Part shown: piece after piece, positions 1 to 13,090 of the stretch | Layout: the number at the start of each line of letters is the position of its first letter | Numbering within the stretch: the stretch's first letter is position 1 | The notes under the pieces: model-generated | Told to the model about the DNA's origin: nothing | The model's input: only the letters and a program-made list of their open reading frames with translations | The model's database searches: none | Position numbers and translations under genes: made by a program | Assembly: GCA_025603075.1 (NCBI GenBank) | Contig: MU626303.1 | Coordinates: 1 to 64,000 of the forward strand | Reading direction: 5' to 3' | Origin: Neoconidiobolus thromboides FSU 785 | Lineage: Eukaryota; Fungi; Entomophthoromycota | Length of the DNA: 64,000 nucleotides

Positions 1-2
1 AT

Positions 3-401
3 CATGTAGTAGTTATTAAGTATGTACCTAATGTAGGTGATTCTAAACGTGCTTTAGATGAATATGTTAGTGAAATTTTTATGGGTGGTAAGAACACTAT
101 TTCTTTATATAATACTTGTGAAGATTCTTTACTTGCTTCTCCACTTATTATTGATCTTGTTGTGATTACTGAACTTATGACTCGTATCCAATTTAAGACT
201 GATGAAATCACTGAATTTGCTCCTTTCCATTCAGTTCTTTCTATCTTATCTTATATGCTTAAGGCTCCTATGGTTCCTCCTGGTACCGCTGTCGTTAATG
301 CTCTCTCTAAACAACGTAATGCAATGGAAAACATTCTTCGTGCTTGTATTGGATTAGAACCACAGAATGATATGCTTTTAGAAGCTAAAGCTTTTCATTA
401 A
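3..401 (+). CDS. INO1: myo-inositol-1-phosphate synthase, 3' part (5' truncated by window)
   Basis: Frame open from nt 3: [52 protein letters not shown]...SYMLKAP...[29 protein letters not shown], the conserved MIPS C-terminus. Confidence 0.97.
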   Translation, partial: HVVVIKYVPNVGDSKRALDEYVSEIFMGGKNTISLYNTCEDSLLASPLIIDLVVITELMTRIQFKTDEITEFAPFHSVLSILSYMLKAPMVPPGTAVVNALSKQRNAMENILRACIGLEPQNDMLLEAKAFH

Positions 402-614
402 ACTTTGATTTATTATTAAAATAGATTATGGGCTATAGTTATCCTTTATTTTTTGTTATTTTTTAAAAATGATTTGAATGTTTATAGTTTAATTATAAGT
501 TAATTTTTGTTATTAAATAAATTAGTTGTTAAAACTGAAATATCAAATATTTAAATATCATTCATTTGAAATAAAATTTTCACTTTTAAATTATTATTTA
601 TCACAAGTCTCTTT

Positions 615-1073
615 ATATAGGGATGCCTAAACTAGTTTCATTTTTTATTCAATTTTTAATATTTTATATTAAAAACTTTGTTTAAAATTCTATAAAATGA
701 ATTCTTTATTAAAAGCAAAAGTACTCAAGCATAGTTTTAAATTATTTTACTATAATTTTTATTAAATTCAATAAAAATTCTCAGATTAGCAAAGCTTTTA
801 CTAATATAAAATATATATTAATGTTGATCAAAGTTATAGTATGTAAATAAATATGGGGATGTATTTTTGTGTTTAAGAATTTTACTAACAAATTTTCCGC
901 TCAAATAGCGCTTAAAAAATGGAAAAAGCAATGAAATCAAAAAAATTATCCCCATATAATTTCAAGCTTTTTAAATTTAACTAAACATGTATTGAGAACT
1001 TACAAATTTAAAAACTTAAAGTTTAGATTAGTTTTTAATCAAAATTTTGAAACCAATTTGGGCATCCCCATAT
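615..1073. mobile_element. ~459-bp non-autonomous TIR element (MITE-like) hosting a nested ~105-bp repeat
   Basis: Left end TATATAGGGATGCCTAAACTAGTTTCA (614-640) vs reverse complement of right end TATATGGGGATGCCCAAATTGGTTTCA (1048-1074): 27-bp imperfect TIR, no ORF inside. Confidence 0.7.
851..957 (+). mobile_element. ~105-bp fold-back interspersed repeat (family A), copy 1
   Basis: ATATGGGGATGTATTTTTGTGTTTAAGAATTTTACTAACAAATTTTCCGCTCAAATAGCGCTTAAAAAATGGAAAAAGCAATGAAATCAAAAAAATTATCCCCATAT; terminal IR ATATGGGGAT/ATCCCCATAT. Confidence 0.85.
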
Positions 1074-1628
1074 ACAACTTTTTATTGAAATGAAATTAAA
1101 GTTATTTACTATTAAACTATACTTTTTCAAGTATTTGATACAGCCATAGTAAACATTGTTACTATTCAAGTAAATTGAGTTAACCGGTAAAGACATTTGA
1201 ATTCTATTTAATATCGTACTATAAAATTCAAAGCTAATTTTTTAATGAATAATGGTCTAATTTTTGCATCCAAATATAGATAATTTGGATAAAACTCTTT
1301 TCATTAAGAAAAGTGCAATTTAGTAACAAATCTCAAAACCTTTCGGTCCAGGAAATGAAGCTTTATTTCTAAATTAAGAAAGTAGAACTTAAGAAAAGAA
1401 AAGAGCCAATCAAATAAATTTAAAACAAAACTATTGATAGGTTCCAAAAATATCGTACCATTAAAATTCAAGTCGGAGGACAGGGGAGTGGGGATTTTGA
1501 ATAAAAGTATAAAAGAAATAAGTTATCAATTAGATTAAATTAACTTATCTTATCATTTATCAATATTAATTAATATTACTTAAGATAACAAAAATCAACT
1601 CATTAATATATAATCAAGTTTTTTAATA

Positions 1629-3497
1629 ATGTCTTTCGTTTATACTTTAATAAATGAGCATTCAACAATAAGTATTATATTTTCAATAATACTTATTATT
1701 ATTGCTCAATACTATATTCGAATCAATCAAAAACCAGATCCAACTGTACCACCTGTAGTACCTTATATCTTTCCTTTTTTTGGTTCAATGGTTACCTATG
1801 GTATGAATCCAGTGAAATTTTTAAAAGAACAGAGAGAAATTGTAAGTTTTTATTATATTATTATAATATTATTATTATTATCATAGTATTATTATTGTTA
1901 TTATATTATTATGTTTTACAATAATATTAATTTTTGTTTTATTAGTATGGCGATAACTTTACCTTTTTAATGTTTGGTCGTAAAATTACTCATTGTTTAG
2001 GTCCTGATGGTAATAATTTAGTATTAAATGCTAAACATACTTCCGTCAATGCTGAAGAAGCTTATATCGGTTTAACTAAACCTGTATTTGGTCCAAACGT
2101 AGTTTATGATGTACCTAATCATGTTTTAATGGAACAAAAAAGGTAATTTTTATTTATTTATTTATTTATTTTATAATAATAATTTATATTAACTAATTAT
2201 TCTCATTTAGAATGGTCAAATATGGATTAACTAATGAATATTTAAAAACTTATGTATCTATTATTGAAAAAGAAACTTTAGATCATATTGAGTAAGTTAA
2301 TTCTATTTTTTTATACGAAGTTCTATTTATATTAATGTTTTTTAAATTAGAAAATGGGAAAAAGAAGGTGTTGTATGTATCTTTAAACAAATGAGTGGTT
2401 TAATTATAAAAACTGCATCTCATTGTTTATTAGGAGAAGAAATTCGTTCCCAATTAGATGAAAGTTGTAAGTATTTACTATTATTATTAGTATATTAATT
2501 AATAATTTAATTTTCTTTTAGTTGCCGATTTATTTCATGATTTAGATCGTGGATTTACCCCTTTGCATTTCTTATTTAATTGGTTACCTTTACCTTCTTT
2601 TTGGAATCGAGATGCTTCCCACCTAAAAGTTCGTAATTTCTTTTTATCCGTTATTAAACAACGTCGCGCTAATAACGATAAAGTAAGACTAAAAGTTCTA
2701 TAGTTCTTTTCATAATATTAATTGAATAATTTTAGCGCGAAGATATGTTAAATGCTTTAATGGAAGGAAGTTATAAAAATGGCAATCCAATTACTGATGA
2801 ACAAGTAGCTTGTATTTTAATTGCTTTATTATTAGCCGGACAACATACCAGTTCAACCACTAGTACTTGGGCTCTATTATATTTAGCTCAGAAACCTGAA
2901 TTAATTGCTGAATTATTAAAAGAACAAAAAGAAGTATTAGGAGAAGACTTACCGCCATTAACTTTAGATAATTTAAAAAAATTAGAATTATTGGATAATG
3001 TAGTACGTGAAACGTTACGTATTAAGCCTCCATTATTAGAATTAATGAGAAAAGTTACTGTTGATGTACCTATCACTGGTACTAGTTATGTGGTACCAAA
3101 AGGTCATTATATTGCAGCTGCTCCTGTAGTTTCCGCATTAGATGAAAAACATTTTGAAAAAGCAGAAGAATTTAATCCATATAGATGGAATACTGTGGAT
3201 AAAAAAGCAGAAGATTTATTTGGCGAAGAAGCAAGTAAAAGAAAAGATGATAGTACAGTAGATTATGGATTTGGTTCAGTATCTACTAGTTCCGCTAGAG
3301 CAGCTTATCTTCCTTTTGGGGCTGGTAGACATAGATGTATTGGTGATGCTTTTGCTTATCTTCAATTGAAAACTATTATTGCTACTTTAGTTCGAAAAAT
3401 TGACTTTAAATTAGCAGATAAATTCCCTGAAGTGGATTATACTAACTTAGTAGCTATTCCTTTCCTTCCAGCTAATATTTCTTATAAAAAATTATAA
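1629..3497 (+). CDS. ERG11: sterol 14-alpha-demethylase (cytochrome P450 CYP51), multi-exon
   Basis: N-terminal anchor, PPVVPYIFPFFGS, spliced YGDNFTFLMFGRK, AEEAY..LTKPVFG, I-helix AGQHTS, ExxR (ETLR), heme motif FGAGRHRCIG; first intron 1842-1945. Confidence 0.97.
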
Positions 3498-3541
3498 ATA
3501 AAAATAAATTCTTTTTTTTCTATAAATTATATACTTTATTT

Positions 3542-4758
3542 TTATAACTCTTTTATTATAAAATCCCCGTCTTTTTCTTTAGGTTCCATAATTTCTTTAA
3601 TAGAATCTATTAATCTTAGTTCATATTGAATCTCTTCATATCCTCCTTCTCCTTCTTTCAATTCCGTTTTGAAAGGCTTTTCAATAGTCTTCTCCAATAC
3701 TGCTTGTAATGAAGCTAATGCTTTTAAACAAGCTTGTTTTAAATTTTGACCATCAAATCTAGCTAATAATAAACTTGAAAATAAATCTCCAGTACCTGAA
3801 AATTCACCTGCCTTTTTGGAAAATTCAATACTAAATACAGAATTTTCAGTGGAACCAAATAGATGCATTTGATTTGAATTAGTATTCAGATTAAGTTTAC
3901 TACTAGTGATGACTATATTTTTGATACCTGAAGAGTGAAGTTGAGTAAAAGCTGATTTTAAATCCAAAATGGATTCAATTTTAATATCAGTTAAATGTCT
4001 AGTAAGTTAATAATATTAATATTTTCATTACTAAACAAATCAAACTCCTTATATACTTACTCAATCTCTGTTTGATTTGGAGTAATAACATCCGCTAATG
4101 GACATAATTCTAATTTATATTTAGGTACTAGTTCTTTAGGTACATACAGTTTATCATCATCTCCCATAACTGGATCAATCACTTTTAAATAGTTTTAATA
4201 CTTAATTTAGTTTGAGTTTTTACATTATAATAATTACCAATAATTACTTTTGGATTGAATAATTTTACTTGTGCTATAATATCCTTAACGGTGTGGACTA
4301 ATTCTGAGTTACCAAGATAGCCTTTAATAATTGTTTAGTTCTTAATTAATTTTTATAAGATAATAAAGAGTATATTATTTACCAACTAAAATATGAGAAT
4401 AATTTATCAATTTATTTTGTTTTAGACCTTCAAATGTATTCCATAATTCGGTAGAATTAATCCGACTGCCTTTGAATACCGGATAACCTTTAAAATTGGA
4501 ATTAGATCAATAAATGATAATTATATAAAGCTTCAAAGTTGATAGAAGAAATAACTAGTTTTACCTGTATGATTAGATAACATCACTGTATTTAGTGGAT
4601 CTACATCATATCCTAATAATTGTAATGGTAACGTAGCTGCTTTATTTCCTGAAAGATATAGAAAAAACGTTAATGGAATTTGATTTCTTAAAACTATTTT
4701 TTATATTACCAACATAACCAAAAACAACATGGGATTGAATTGATAATACTCGTTTCAT
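3542..4758 (-). CDS. pyridoxal kinase (PdxK/Bud16 family), multi-exon
   Basis: Exon 1 [17 protein letters not shown], then [40 protein letters not shown] and C-terminal GTGDLF anion-hole motif. Confidence 0.93.
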
Positions 4759-5570
4759 GATTATTTATTATTATTTGATATTAAATCCTTTAAATTATAA
4801 TTTTCTAATTTTTTATTGTTTATAATTCAATCAAAAAGTTAATTACAATTATTTTAATAATTTGACATTCTTTTTTCAGTGTCTAAAAAATGCACTTAAT
4901 TTTTCATGAAATTTAATAATTTGTTCGATCTTTTGAATTTTTATTACTAAAGTGGGTAATTAAGTTAACCGGATAATAGTTGTATTAATAATAGTCATTT
5001 TTTATATATAAGAATATATAGAGCTTTAATTATAAAGATTAGTCTTGAGACTAGATTGAATTTGCTATTATTATTAACATATGTTATTTAATATATTATT
5101 TTGAAAGATTATATGAAATATCTCCTGTCTTCAAAATGCTTTACTTTAAAATATCCAACTATATTTATTTTATTTGCATAGAAATTAATATCTATTGGAA
5201 CACTAATTTATTCCTATCAAATCTCAAATTGAACTTTAACTTAGAAAAAACTAAACCTTAACAATAAACATACTATTTTATCCTAATGAATATAATAAAT
5301 ATAATAAATATAATAACATTCTATTTATAATATTACATATTCCCAACCAAGCTACTATTAAAAATCATCTCATTAACAAAAAAACGTGCTATTTTTGAAA
5401 ATACCTTGAATTTTATTTAATCAGATAATTTTTTCCCGCCAATCAAATCAAATTTTAACTCGTACGATTAGCTTTGCATCCAATATAAATAAGGGGAACA
5501 ACTCAAAGTTATCAATTTAAACATTTAATCTCCTTTCTTTTTTCAATAGGCAATTTATATTAATTTTAAA

Positions 5571-6458
5571 ATGGATATTGTACTCACTGTTTGTGACTAC
5601 TTATTTTATGATACAGCATATAATCTTGTATCTACCAAATTCAATCTACCTTATCTCCCTAGAGATGATTTACTCCGTCAATTTATTTCATTGTTATTAA
5701 TCACTTCCATCTTTGGATTTTTAGTTTATTTTATAGTCGCAGGATTAAGTTATCATTTTGTATATGACAAACGCTTAATGGAACATCCACGTTTTCTTCC
5801 AAATCAAATACAATTAGAAATTCAATGTGCTGCTGAAGCTATTATCCCAATGTCTATATTAACAGTGCCTTTCTTTTTATTAGAAGTTAATGGTTATTCA
5901 AAATTATATTCAAATATTGATGATTATGGTATTCCTTATCTTTTTGCTTCAATTATAGGGTTTCTAATATTTACTGATTTTGGTATTTATGTTATTCATC
6001 GTGGTTTACATCATCGATCGATTTATGCTCACGTACATAAATTACATCACAAATGGTTAGTACCTACTCCTTTTGCTTCTCATGCTTTTCACTTTTTAGA
6101 TGGTTATTCTCAATCGTTACCTTATCATTTTGCAGTATTTTTGTTCCCTATTCATAAATTAGTCTATTTAGGTCTATTCATGTTTGTTAACGTATGGACC
6201 GTGTTAATTCATGATGGAGAGTATTTCGATTCAGGAGAAATTATTAATTCAGCTTCTAATCATACGATTCATCATTTATATTTTAATTTTAATTATGGAC
6301 AATATTTCACATTCTGGGATAAAGTTTTTAATTCTTATAGACAATGTCCAAATGAATTATTAGATAGAGAAAAGAGACATGATGTTAAATCAATGAATAA
6401 AGTGGCCAAAGAAGTCGATATTGCTAAAGAAGAAATTGAAAAACCAAAAGTTCAATAG
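5571..6458 (+). CDS. ERG3: sterol C-5 desaturase (fatty acid hydroxylase superfamily), intronless
   Basis: His boxes HRGLH, HKLHH and HTIHH, plus TPFASHAFH..DG and NYGQYFTFWD. Confidence 0.93.
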   Translation: MDIVLTVCDYLFYDTAYNLVSTKFNLPYLPRDDLLRQFISLLLITSIFGFLVYFIVAGLSYHFVYDKRLMEHPRFLPNQIQLEIQCAAEAIIPMSILTVPFFLLEVNGYSKLYSNIDDYGIPYLFASIIGFLIFTDFGIYVIHRGLHHRSIYAHVHKLHHKWLVPTPFASHAFHFLDGYSQSLPYHFAVFLFPIHKLVYLGLFMFVNVWTVLIHDGEYFDSGEIINSASNHTIHHLYFNFNYGQYFTFWDKVFNSYRQCPNELLDREKRHDVKSMNKVAKEVDIAKEEIEKPKVQ

Positions 6459-6868
6459 GTTTTTTGAAACTGAACAAAGTTTATTACCCCCAAAGGGGTT
6501 TTTTTTTTAAAACAAAATTTAATAAGTTAATATATAAAAACTATTGATTATTAAAATTAATAATAAAAGTGTATTAATGGTCTATTTTATACTATTTCCA
6601 TATTTTTTATATTTTTTATAACAAATTTATCAATAAAAGTAGTTTAAATCCATTTATAGTAATATCAATTATAATTACAGCGAGTGATTCAAATAAAGCA
6701 ATATCCTATAGTTTTATAGCACACCTTAAAATGAATTCATATTTTACTTTTAAGAAGATAAATTATGAAGTAAATTAACTGCGTAGATAAAAGACAATTG
6801 TATTTAAAGGAGAACAGAATCATCAAACTATAGATAATAAATTAATTAATAAATAATATCAATAAATT

Positions 6869-8583
6869 ATGGAGGTTGAAGAGTTTACAATCGAATTAAA
6901 TAATCAAAGTAGATCAATTAAAGACAGCTCAATTAAAGATATTTCACTTGAAAATGGCTCAATACACTCAACTAAACCAACTAAATCCTTTTTATTACCA
7001 TTAATCATATTATCTTTAATATTATCTATTTTTTTATCCTCTATGGATGAAACTATAGTAGCAAGTAGTTTATATACAATATTAGCTTATTTTCAAGAAA
7101 ATTCTAGTATCACCTGGTTAACTACAAGTTACTTGTTAACAATGACAGCTACTCAACCATTGTATGGTAAATTAAGTAATTTATTTGGTACTAAATATGT
7201 CCATTTAATAGCCATCCTTCTATTTCTCATTGGTTCAATTGGTTGTGGTTTGGCTCCTAATTTAATATCTTTAATTATATTTCGTGGCTTAACAGGGTTG
7301 GGTGGAGGCGGTCTAGTTACTTTAGCTTATATAATAGTATCAGAAATAGTACCTATTCATAAAAGGAGTTTATATCAAAGTATAATTGGAAGTACTTTTA
7401 CATTGGCTAGTATTTGTGGTCCATTAATTGGTGGTGCTTTAACTCAATATTTAAATTGGCGTTGGAATTTTTTTATCAATATACCAATAGTTATCGTTGC
7501 TGCTATTATTATTTTATTTTTCTTACCTAATAACCACAAATCAATGAAAGATAAAGCCTCTGTTAAACTTCAATTTAAAAAAATAGATTTTTTAGGTGCT
7601 TTGGTATTAATAATAAGTAATATCTTATTAATCTTAGGATTAACTTGGGCAAGTCATGATTATCCTTGGTCATCTCCAAATGTTATTTGTTGTCTTGTAT
7701 TTGGTATTTTATTATTTATAATATTCTTATTTGTTGAAAAATATTATGCAAAAGAACCCATCATCCCATCAACTTTATTTAATCGTAACTCTTCTTTAGT
7801 CAGTTTAAGTTCTTTTATGTATTGTACAGTTTATTTTACCTTAATTTTTTATTGGCCATTATATCATCAAACTGTATTTAATAAGTCTCCCTTAAATGCT
7901 GGTTTAGAATTGTTATCTGCTTCTTTAAGTATTTGTGTTACCTCTGTATTATCTGGTATATTATGTAATAAATTTAAAGTTTATTTACCAATTATGCGAG
8001 GTGGTACTATTATGTTAGTCATTGGTGTTTGTTTAATGGCTTTATTAAGAGATAGTATTACTGAAGCTGAATTGATTATTTATCCTATTTTGATTGGTGG
8101 TGGTATTGGTTTTAATACTCAACTTTCTATTCTTTGTGGTCAATTAGCAGTTACCCCTGAAAACGCTGGTATAATTACTTCGTTTATTACCTTTTCTCAA
8201 TCTTTTGGCGGTATCTTTGGTTTAGCTATTTTTGGTACCATTTATAATTCAGTTTTAAGAAGCAATTTATTATCTCAATTCCCTGATTTAAATGTAAGAT
8301 TATTTATTATTGTTATTATTACATATATTAATATTTATTTTAGATTGATTCATTCATTAATAATAATAATGCTCTTCATTCTTTGGATCCTTCAATTAAA
8401 GGTAAAGTGATTGAATCTTTCATTCAAGCATATCGTACTTTGTTCTTATCTATGATACCTTTTTGTGTCGTTGCTTTGATTTGTACTTTTGGACTTAAAA
8501 ATATATCACTTACAGAAAGTAAATCTAATAATGAGAATGAGAATAAGAATAAGAATGAGAATGAGGTTAAAGTAATAGAATAA
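6869..8583 (+). CDS. MFS drug:H+ antiporter, DHA2 (14-TMS) family
   Basis: MDETIV, SYLL...QPLYGKLSNLFG (motif A), RGLTGLGGGG, GPLIGGALT..LNWRWNFFINIPI, IDFLG; intron 8294-8343 joins the 8383-8583 frame. Confidence 0.92.
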
Positions 8584-8741
8584 ATACTTAGTTAATAGAT
8601 AATATTATATTTTGTATGAGAATATTTTTTGTTTGATTTTGGGCTTTTTTATGCTGCATAAAATTAATAAAATTACCAGATAAGCACTGTAATATAAAAG
8701 GCATTTCCACGTATTGATTATACTTTAAATTGTATATTTTT

Positions 8742-11024
8742 TTATTTTTTTATTTTTTTAAAATAATCTATTAATTTTTTCTGACTTTTATCCATTTTTA
8801 CTTCCTTTTTATTCGTTTTGGGTTCCTTTTTTGTCTTTTTATTGCTACTTCCTCTTTTATTTTGGATGATTTCTTGTTGATCCATTTTCTTTTGAAATTC
8901 TATAGCAAAATGATAATCCAAATGAATCTTCATCTCTTCTTTATTAATAAGTTCTTTACATTTTTTACACCTTTCCATTCTATCCTCAAAACTAGTACTA
9001 CTTTCTTCATTATTATTTAAACCTTGCATTATGCTACCACTGTTGTTATTATTGATACTTTTGTTTAAAGTTGAGTTTTTATTAATTTGTTTCTTATTAT
9101 TAGTACTCTCATCATAAATTGGTTCCTCAATATTATCTTGAAGTTTATCATCAGTTTTCCCATTTCCTTGTTTTTTACATTCTTTCCTTTTATTAATAAA
9201 TCCCATAATTCCTTGATTAATCTCATCAATTTGGTCACTGTTATTAATACACTCATCAATTACCTCATCAATCTCATCTTGAAGCTCCTCATCAATATCC
9301 GCTTCTTCTTTAACTTCCTTCCCTTTATTGATAAATCCCATAATACCTTGATTACTCTTATCAAAAGTTTCAAGCCCATTCAATTGAATATTTAATCTAA
9401 TTGCAGGAAACAAGTTGTTAAAACAATCCATTAAAAGGCTTACAGAATCAAAAAAACATTTTTCATCTTGTTGAAATTTGAAATAAGTTGGCATCAAACA
9501 AGATTTTGTAATATATTGAATTTGTTTATTACTTAAATAAGCATAATGTAACATAATTTGTTTTGGCCATCTTAGGTTTATACTTTGATCTAACAATAAT
9601 CGATCTTTTAATTCAATACACATTAATTTAATCCATTTTAATAATAATAGTTTATCTTCTACATATGGATGAAAGGATTTGGCTGACATGATAGATTTAA
9701 CTAATTCCATTGGTTTTACATCATCAAAGCTAATGCCTCGTATTAAATTATATACTGATAAACCATTGTCATGTCCTAATTTTAATTGGAGTTGATTTAA
9801 AGGTAATTTTCTATTTCATTATTAAATCATCTAATTAATATATTCAAACTATTATTATTTTACCTTAACTCCCCTATATTATCCCCAAAATAATGTTTAG
9901 TTTGTGCACCTAATTTACCACCTAAAGAGGGTATCTTATTTAAAGGTATTTGTAGTAAAAAATCATATGCTAAAAAATCGGGTATCAAAATCTAATTTGT
10001 TCTAATATTAAACTAATCTAATAATAACAAATATCTTACTTGTCCGTTAGGTTTATTTAAACTTGAGGTGATTTTAGCTAATAATTTATTATTGGAAATA
10101 CCTAACAGATATTAATCAACTTACAATAGTCATAGTTTAACTTTCTTACCAGATGAACAAGTAAATCCAAGTTGATCATAGATCTTTTTACGAATATCAG
10201 AAACCAATTTAGCACCTTGTAAAAGTTGTCTTATTTTCCAATATTTTACTTTATCTTCTATTTCATTTGAGCAAGTAAAGTTGAAACTTTCTTTATCTTT
10301 GGGATAAGCTACCTTATTTGATATATCATTCCAATCAATTGGTTCTAAATCCATAACTTGATTTGATTCATCATTCCAATTATTACCTTTTAAATCCATG
10401 ATTTTATTTTCTTTAAGGTAGTTTAATATATTATCATTAACATGATCGGTGATATCTAAATAAGCTTCATCTAAATTAATATTAATACTGTTTCTTTAAT
10501 TTTATTCAAATACAAACTTACCAACGCTAGCCTTTTGCACTTTACCAATGTTTAAATTTTGTAATAAATTCATGATTTTTTTAGAAGCTTCTCGATAAGG
10601 ACCAAGAGAGGCTTTATTTTCCTGTTGAGTTGGGCTATCATAATAAGATTCTTCATCCTTCCCCAATTTATACGTTGGTACATGAGCGAAAACAATTTGA
10701 GGACATAACTGTTTCGCTACCATTGGGGTACTATGCCTTTCCACTTTATAAGCTCTAGCTGCATAATTTACTGCTATTAAACCTTGCCATTGTTGTACTG
10801 CTAATGGTGTATCTGAGCTTATTCCTAGTCTTAGTTGTTCTATCGAGTATTAGTTTCGAATTTTTAAATAGTTTGTTGTAAGCTACCTACTTGACAGTAA
10901 AAACAGTCTAGATCTTTTATTAATATGTGTTAATTTGTTATTTAACATAAATGATATTACCTAAATCAATATGAGCTATACATTTAGAAGTTTGTAAAAT
11001 TGATTGTATTTGATTGTAATCCAT
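8742..11024 (-). CDS. RAD30: DNA polymerase eta (Y family), multi-exon
   Basis: CIAHIDL/DCFYCQ catalytic motif, AVQQWQGLIAVNYAAR, YREASKKI, FTCSSG, UBZ finger C-x2-C...H-x3-H (CKKC..HLDYH) and C-terminal PIP box QKKLIDYF. Confidence 0.95.
9075..9353 (-). repeat. internal tandem duplication of ~45-48 codons in Pol eta
   Basis: NQGIMGFINKGKEVKEEA..LQDEIDEVIDECINN then NQGIMGFINKRKECKKQG..LQDNIEEPIYDESTNN; starts are 135 nt apart. Confidence 0.85.
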
Positions 11025-11646
11025 GATAAAAAGTAAGCCAAATTTTTCTGAAAACTTATATAAGATTTTTGATCAAATCTAGTAATCCGACATTATTCTT
11101 TGTCATTCTCTATTTTTGATATGAATCAAATTCCAAAATAACGTTACAATATAATATTAAATGGAAGTTATAATTATAAAATTTAAAGTTAATAAAGTTG
11201 ATTATTTAATAAGAATTTGTATTCTATTTATACTAGTCCGTATATTTGTTATAATAGTTGCGTAACCATTATCCTTATCAAAAAGTAATGAGTGACTACT
11301 TATACAATAAAAACATATTTAATGTTATATATTGTTACAACTAGGAAGTACTATTACATGGTTAATAGGTTAAGACTATAATAGGGACTGATATTAATAT
11401 AATGATAGAGTAATAATTTATAATAATAAATGTATAATAATGAGTTTATCTAACAATAAATATATAATGATTTAAAATCTAGAATATTTTTTTAATAAAA
11501 TTTACAATTACTAAATAAGAATTTAAGCCAATCAACAAACATATTAATCAAAGTTCTTTAAAAAAGTAATTATAAAGCACTCTAACTTCAAAAATAAAAA
11601 TTAATTTCTTATATTTCATTAACATTAACATTAACTTAAATCAACG

Positions 11647-12633
11647 ATGGTGAAACTTGGCCCCAATTTTATCCATGATTTTAAAAGCGTAATACAAACC
11701 AATACACGCTCACGACGTATAATGATTAGTATTTTATTACTAACATTATGGTCAGCCATTGTATTACCCGTTATCTTCAAACAATATTATGGCACTTTAA
11801 ACAAGGGGATTATCATACGTTCTGAAGAGGTAGAAGAAAACAATATGTTAGTAGAATTAAGTATAGCTAAAGTAGATACAGCTTTGAGAATTATTGATTT
11901 AAAAGTGAATTTATTCCCAAATGGACCATTATACGCCAATGACAATTCAATAACTAAACAAAACATCACTTGTGATTTTCGATATGGTAAAGTAGAAGCA
12001 ATAAAAGATAAAGTATCTCAACCAACTATTATCAAGATACCTATACTTTCAGGAAATCCAAGAGCGTATCCGTTTGAAAATTTAACTACTATAATACCTA
12101 TTTATTGTCAAGATCAACAAGGTTCTTCAGTTTTGCCAATTATTACCTTTGAACGTACATTGGCTACGTATTATCTTACTACAGAAGCCTTTCTTGCTTC
12201 ACACGTAGTGGAAGCTTCAACAGAATCGATGGGATTATTTCCAGATCCTAGTTCTATTCAATTATTAGTAGAATTAACACAACCAACTGAAAATCAATTA
12301 TTTGTATTCTTAGTGTTTTTTATAATGTGGGGATTAAGCTTTGCAATTTTATTTTTTACATTTGATGTTTTGATACATAAAAGGGAAGTACCTCCACCTC
12401 TTATTGGTGTGTCTTTGGCTTTATTATTCGCTTTACCAGGTATTAGAAATAGTCAACCAGGTGTTCCATTCTTAGGTTGTTTATCCGATTTTATTTCCTT
12501 TTTTTGGTAATTAGTTTTTAGAGATCTTTAATATAATATATTAAGTCATTTAATTAGGTGCCTAAGTTTAGTTTCCTTTTGTACAGTAGCTAACATGTTG
12601 GCTTTTGCACTAAGGTTTAATAAGAAAGTTTAA
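11647..12633 (+). CDS. DUF4436-like membrane protein, paralogue 1 (Pro-loop channel-like)
   Basis: N-terminal TM, beta-rich ectodomain with YPFE, three C-terminal TMs with PPPLI..LFALPGIRNSQPG; intron 12507-12557 splits the Trp codon; exon 2 CLSLVSFCTVANMLAFALRFNKKV. Confidence 0.85.
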
Positions 12634-13090
12634 ATTAGATCTAAATCAAACAATAAACCAATTATATTATACAAATAATGTTTTATTATTACAAGAACAT
12701 ACATTAGAGAAATATAGTTATTTTGTATTTGTTACATTCAATTTAATGAATAGAAACATTAGATATTAAATAAATATTATTTCAGATAATAAGATTTTTT
12801 AGTTTGTTCATTAAAATAAATTTATTTTATTATTCCTAATGTTTCTATTATCTAATACAATTTATGAATTTTAAAAAAAAATCGGGACTTTATTTAATAA
12901 TGTTTAATTTATTAGAATAAAATTAAAATTCTCAAATTTAGTAATTACAACTTTATGCTCCTATAAAAATGAATAAATTAATATACTAAATAGGAACAAT
13001 AATAAATTATCAATTGAAGTCCAAAAAATAGTCCAATTTTAACTTTGAAACAATAATAAGAATTTAAACATTTTTTTACTCTCAATAGAT

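Noticed and set aside
6486-6508. ACCCC-CAAA-GGGGT plus T-run after ERG3, resembling a bacterial intrinsic terminator
   Set aside because: Only a 5-bp stem in a eukaryotic AT-rich 3' region and ERG3 is a normal fungal gene; probably chance.
8294-8410. C-terminal extension of the 513-aa MFS ORF
   Set aside because: Read-through into intron 8294-8343; the spliced frame continues to 8583.
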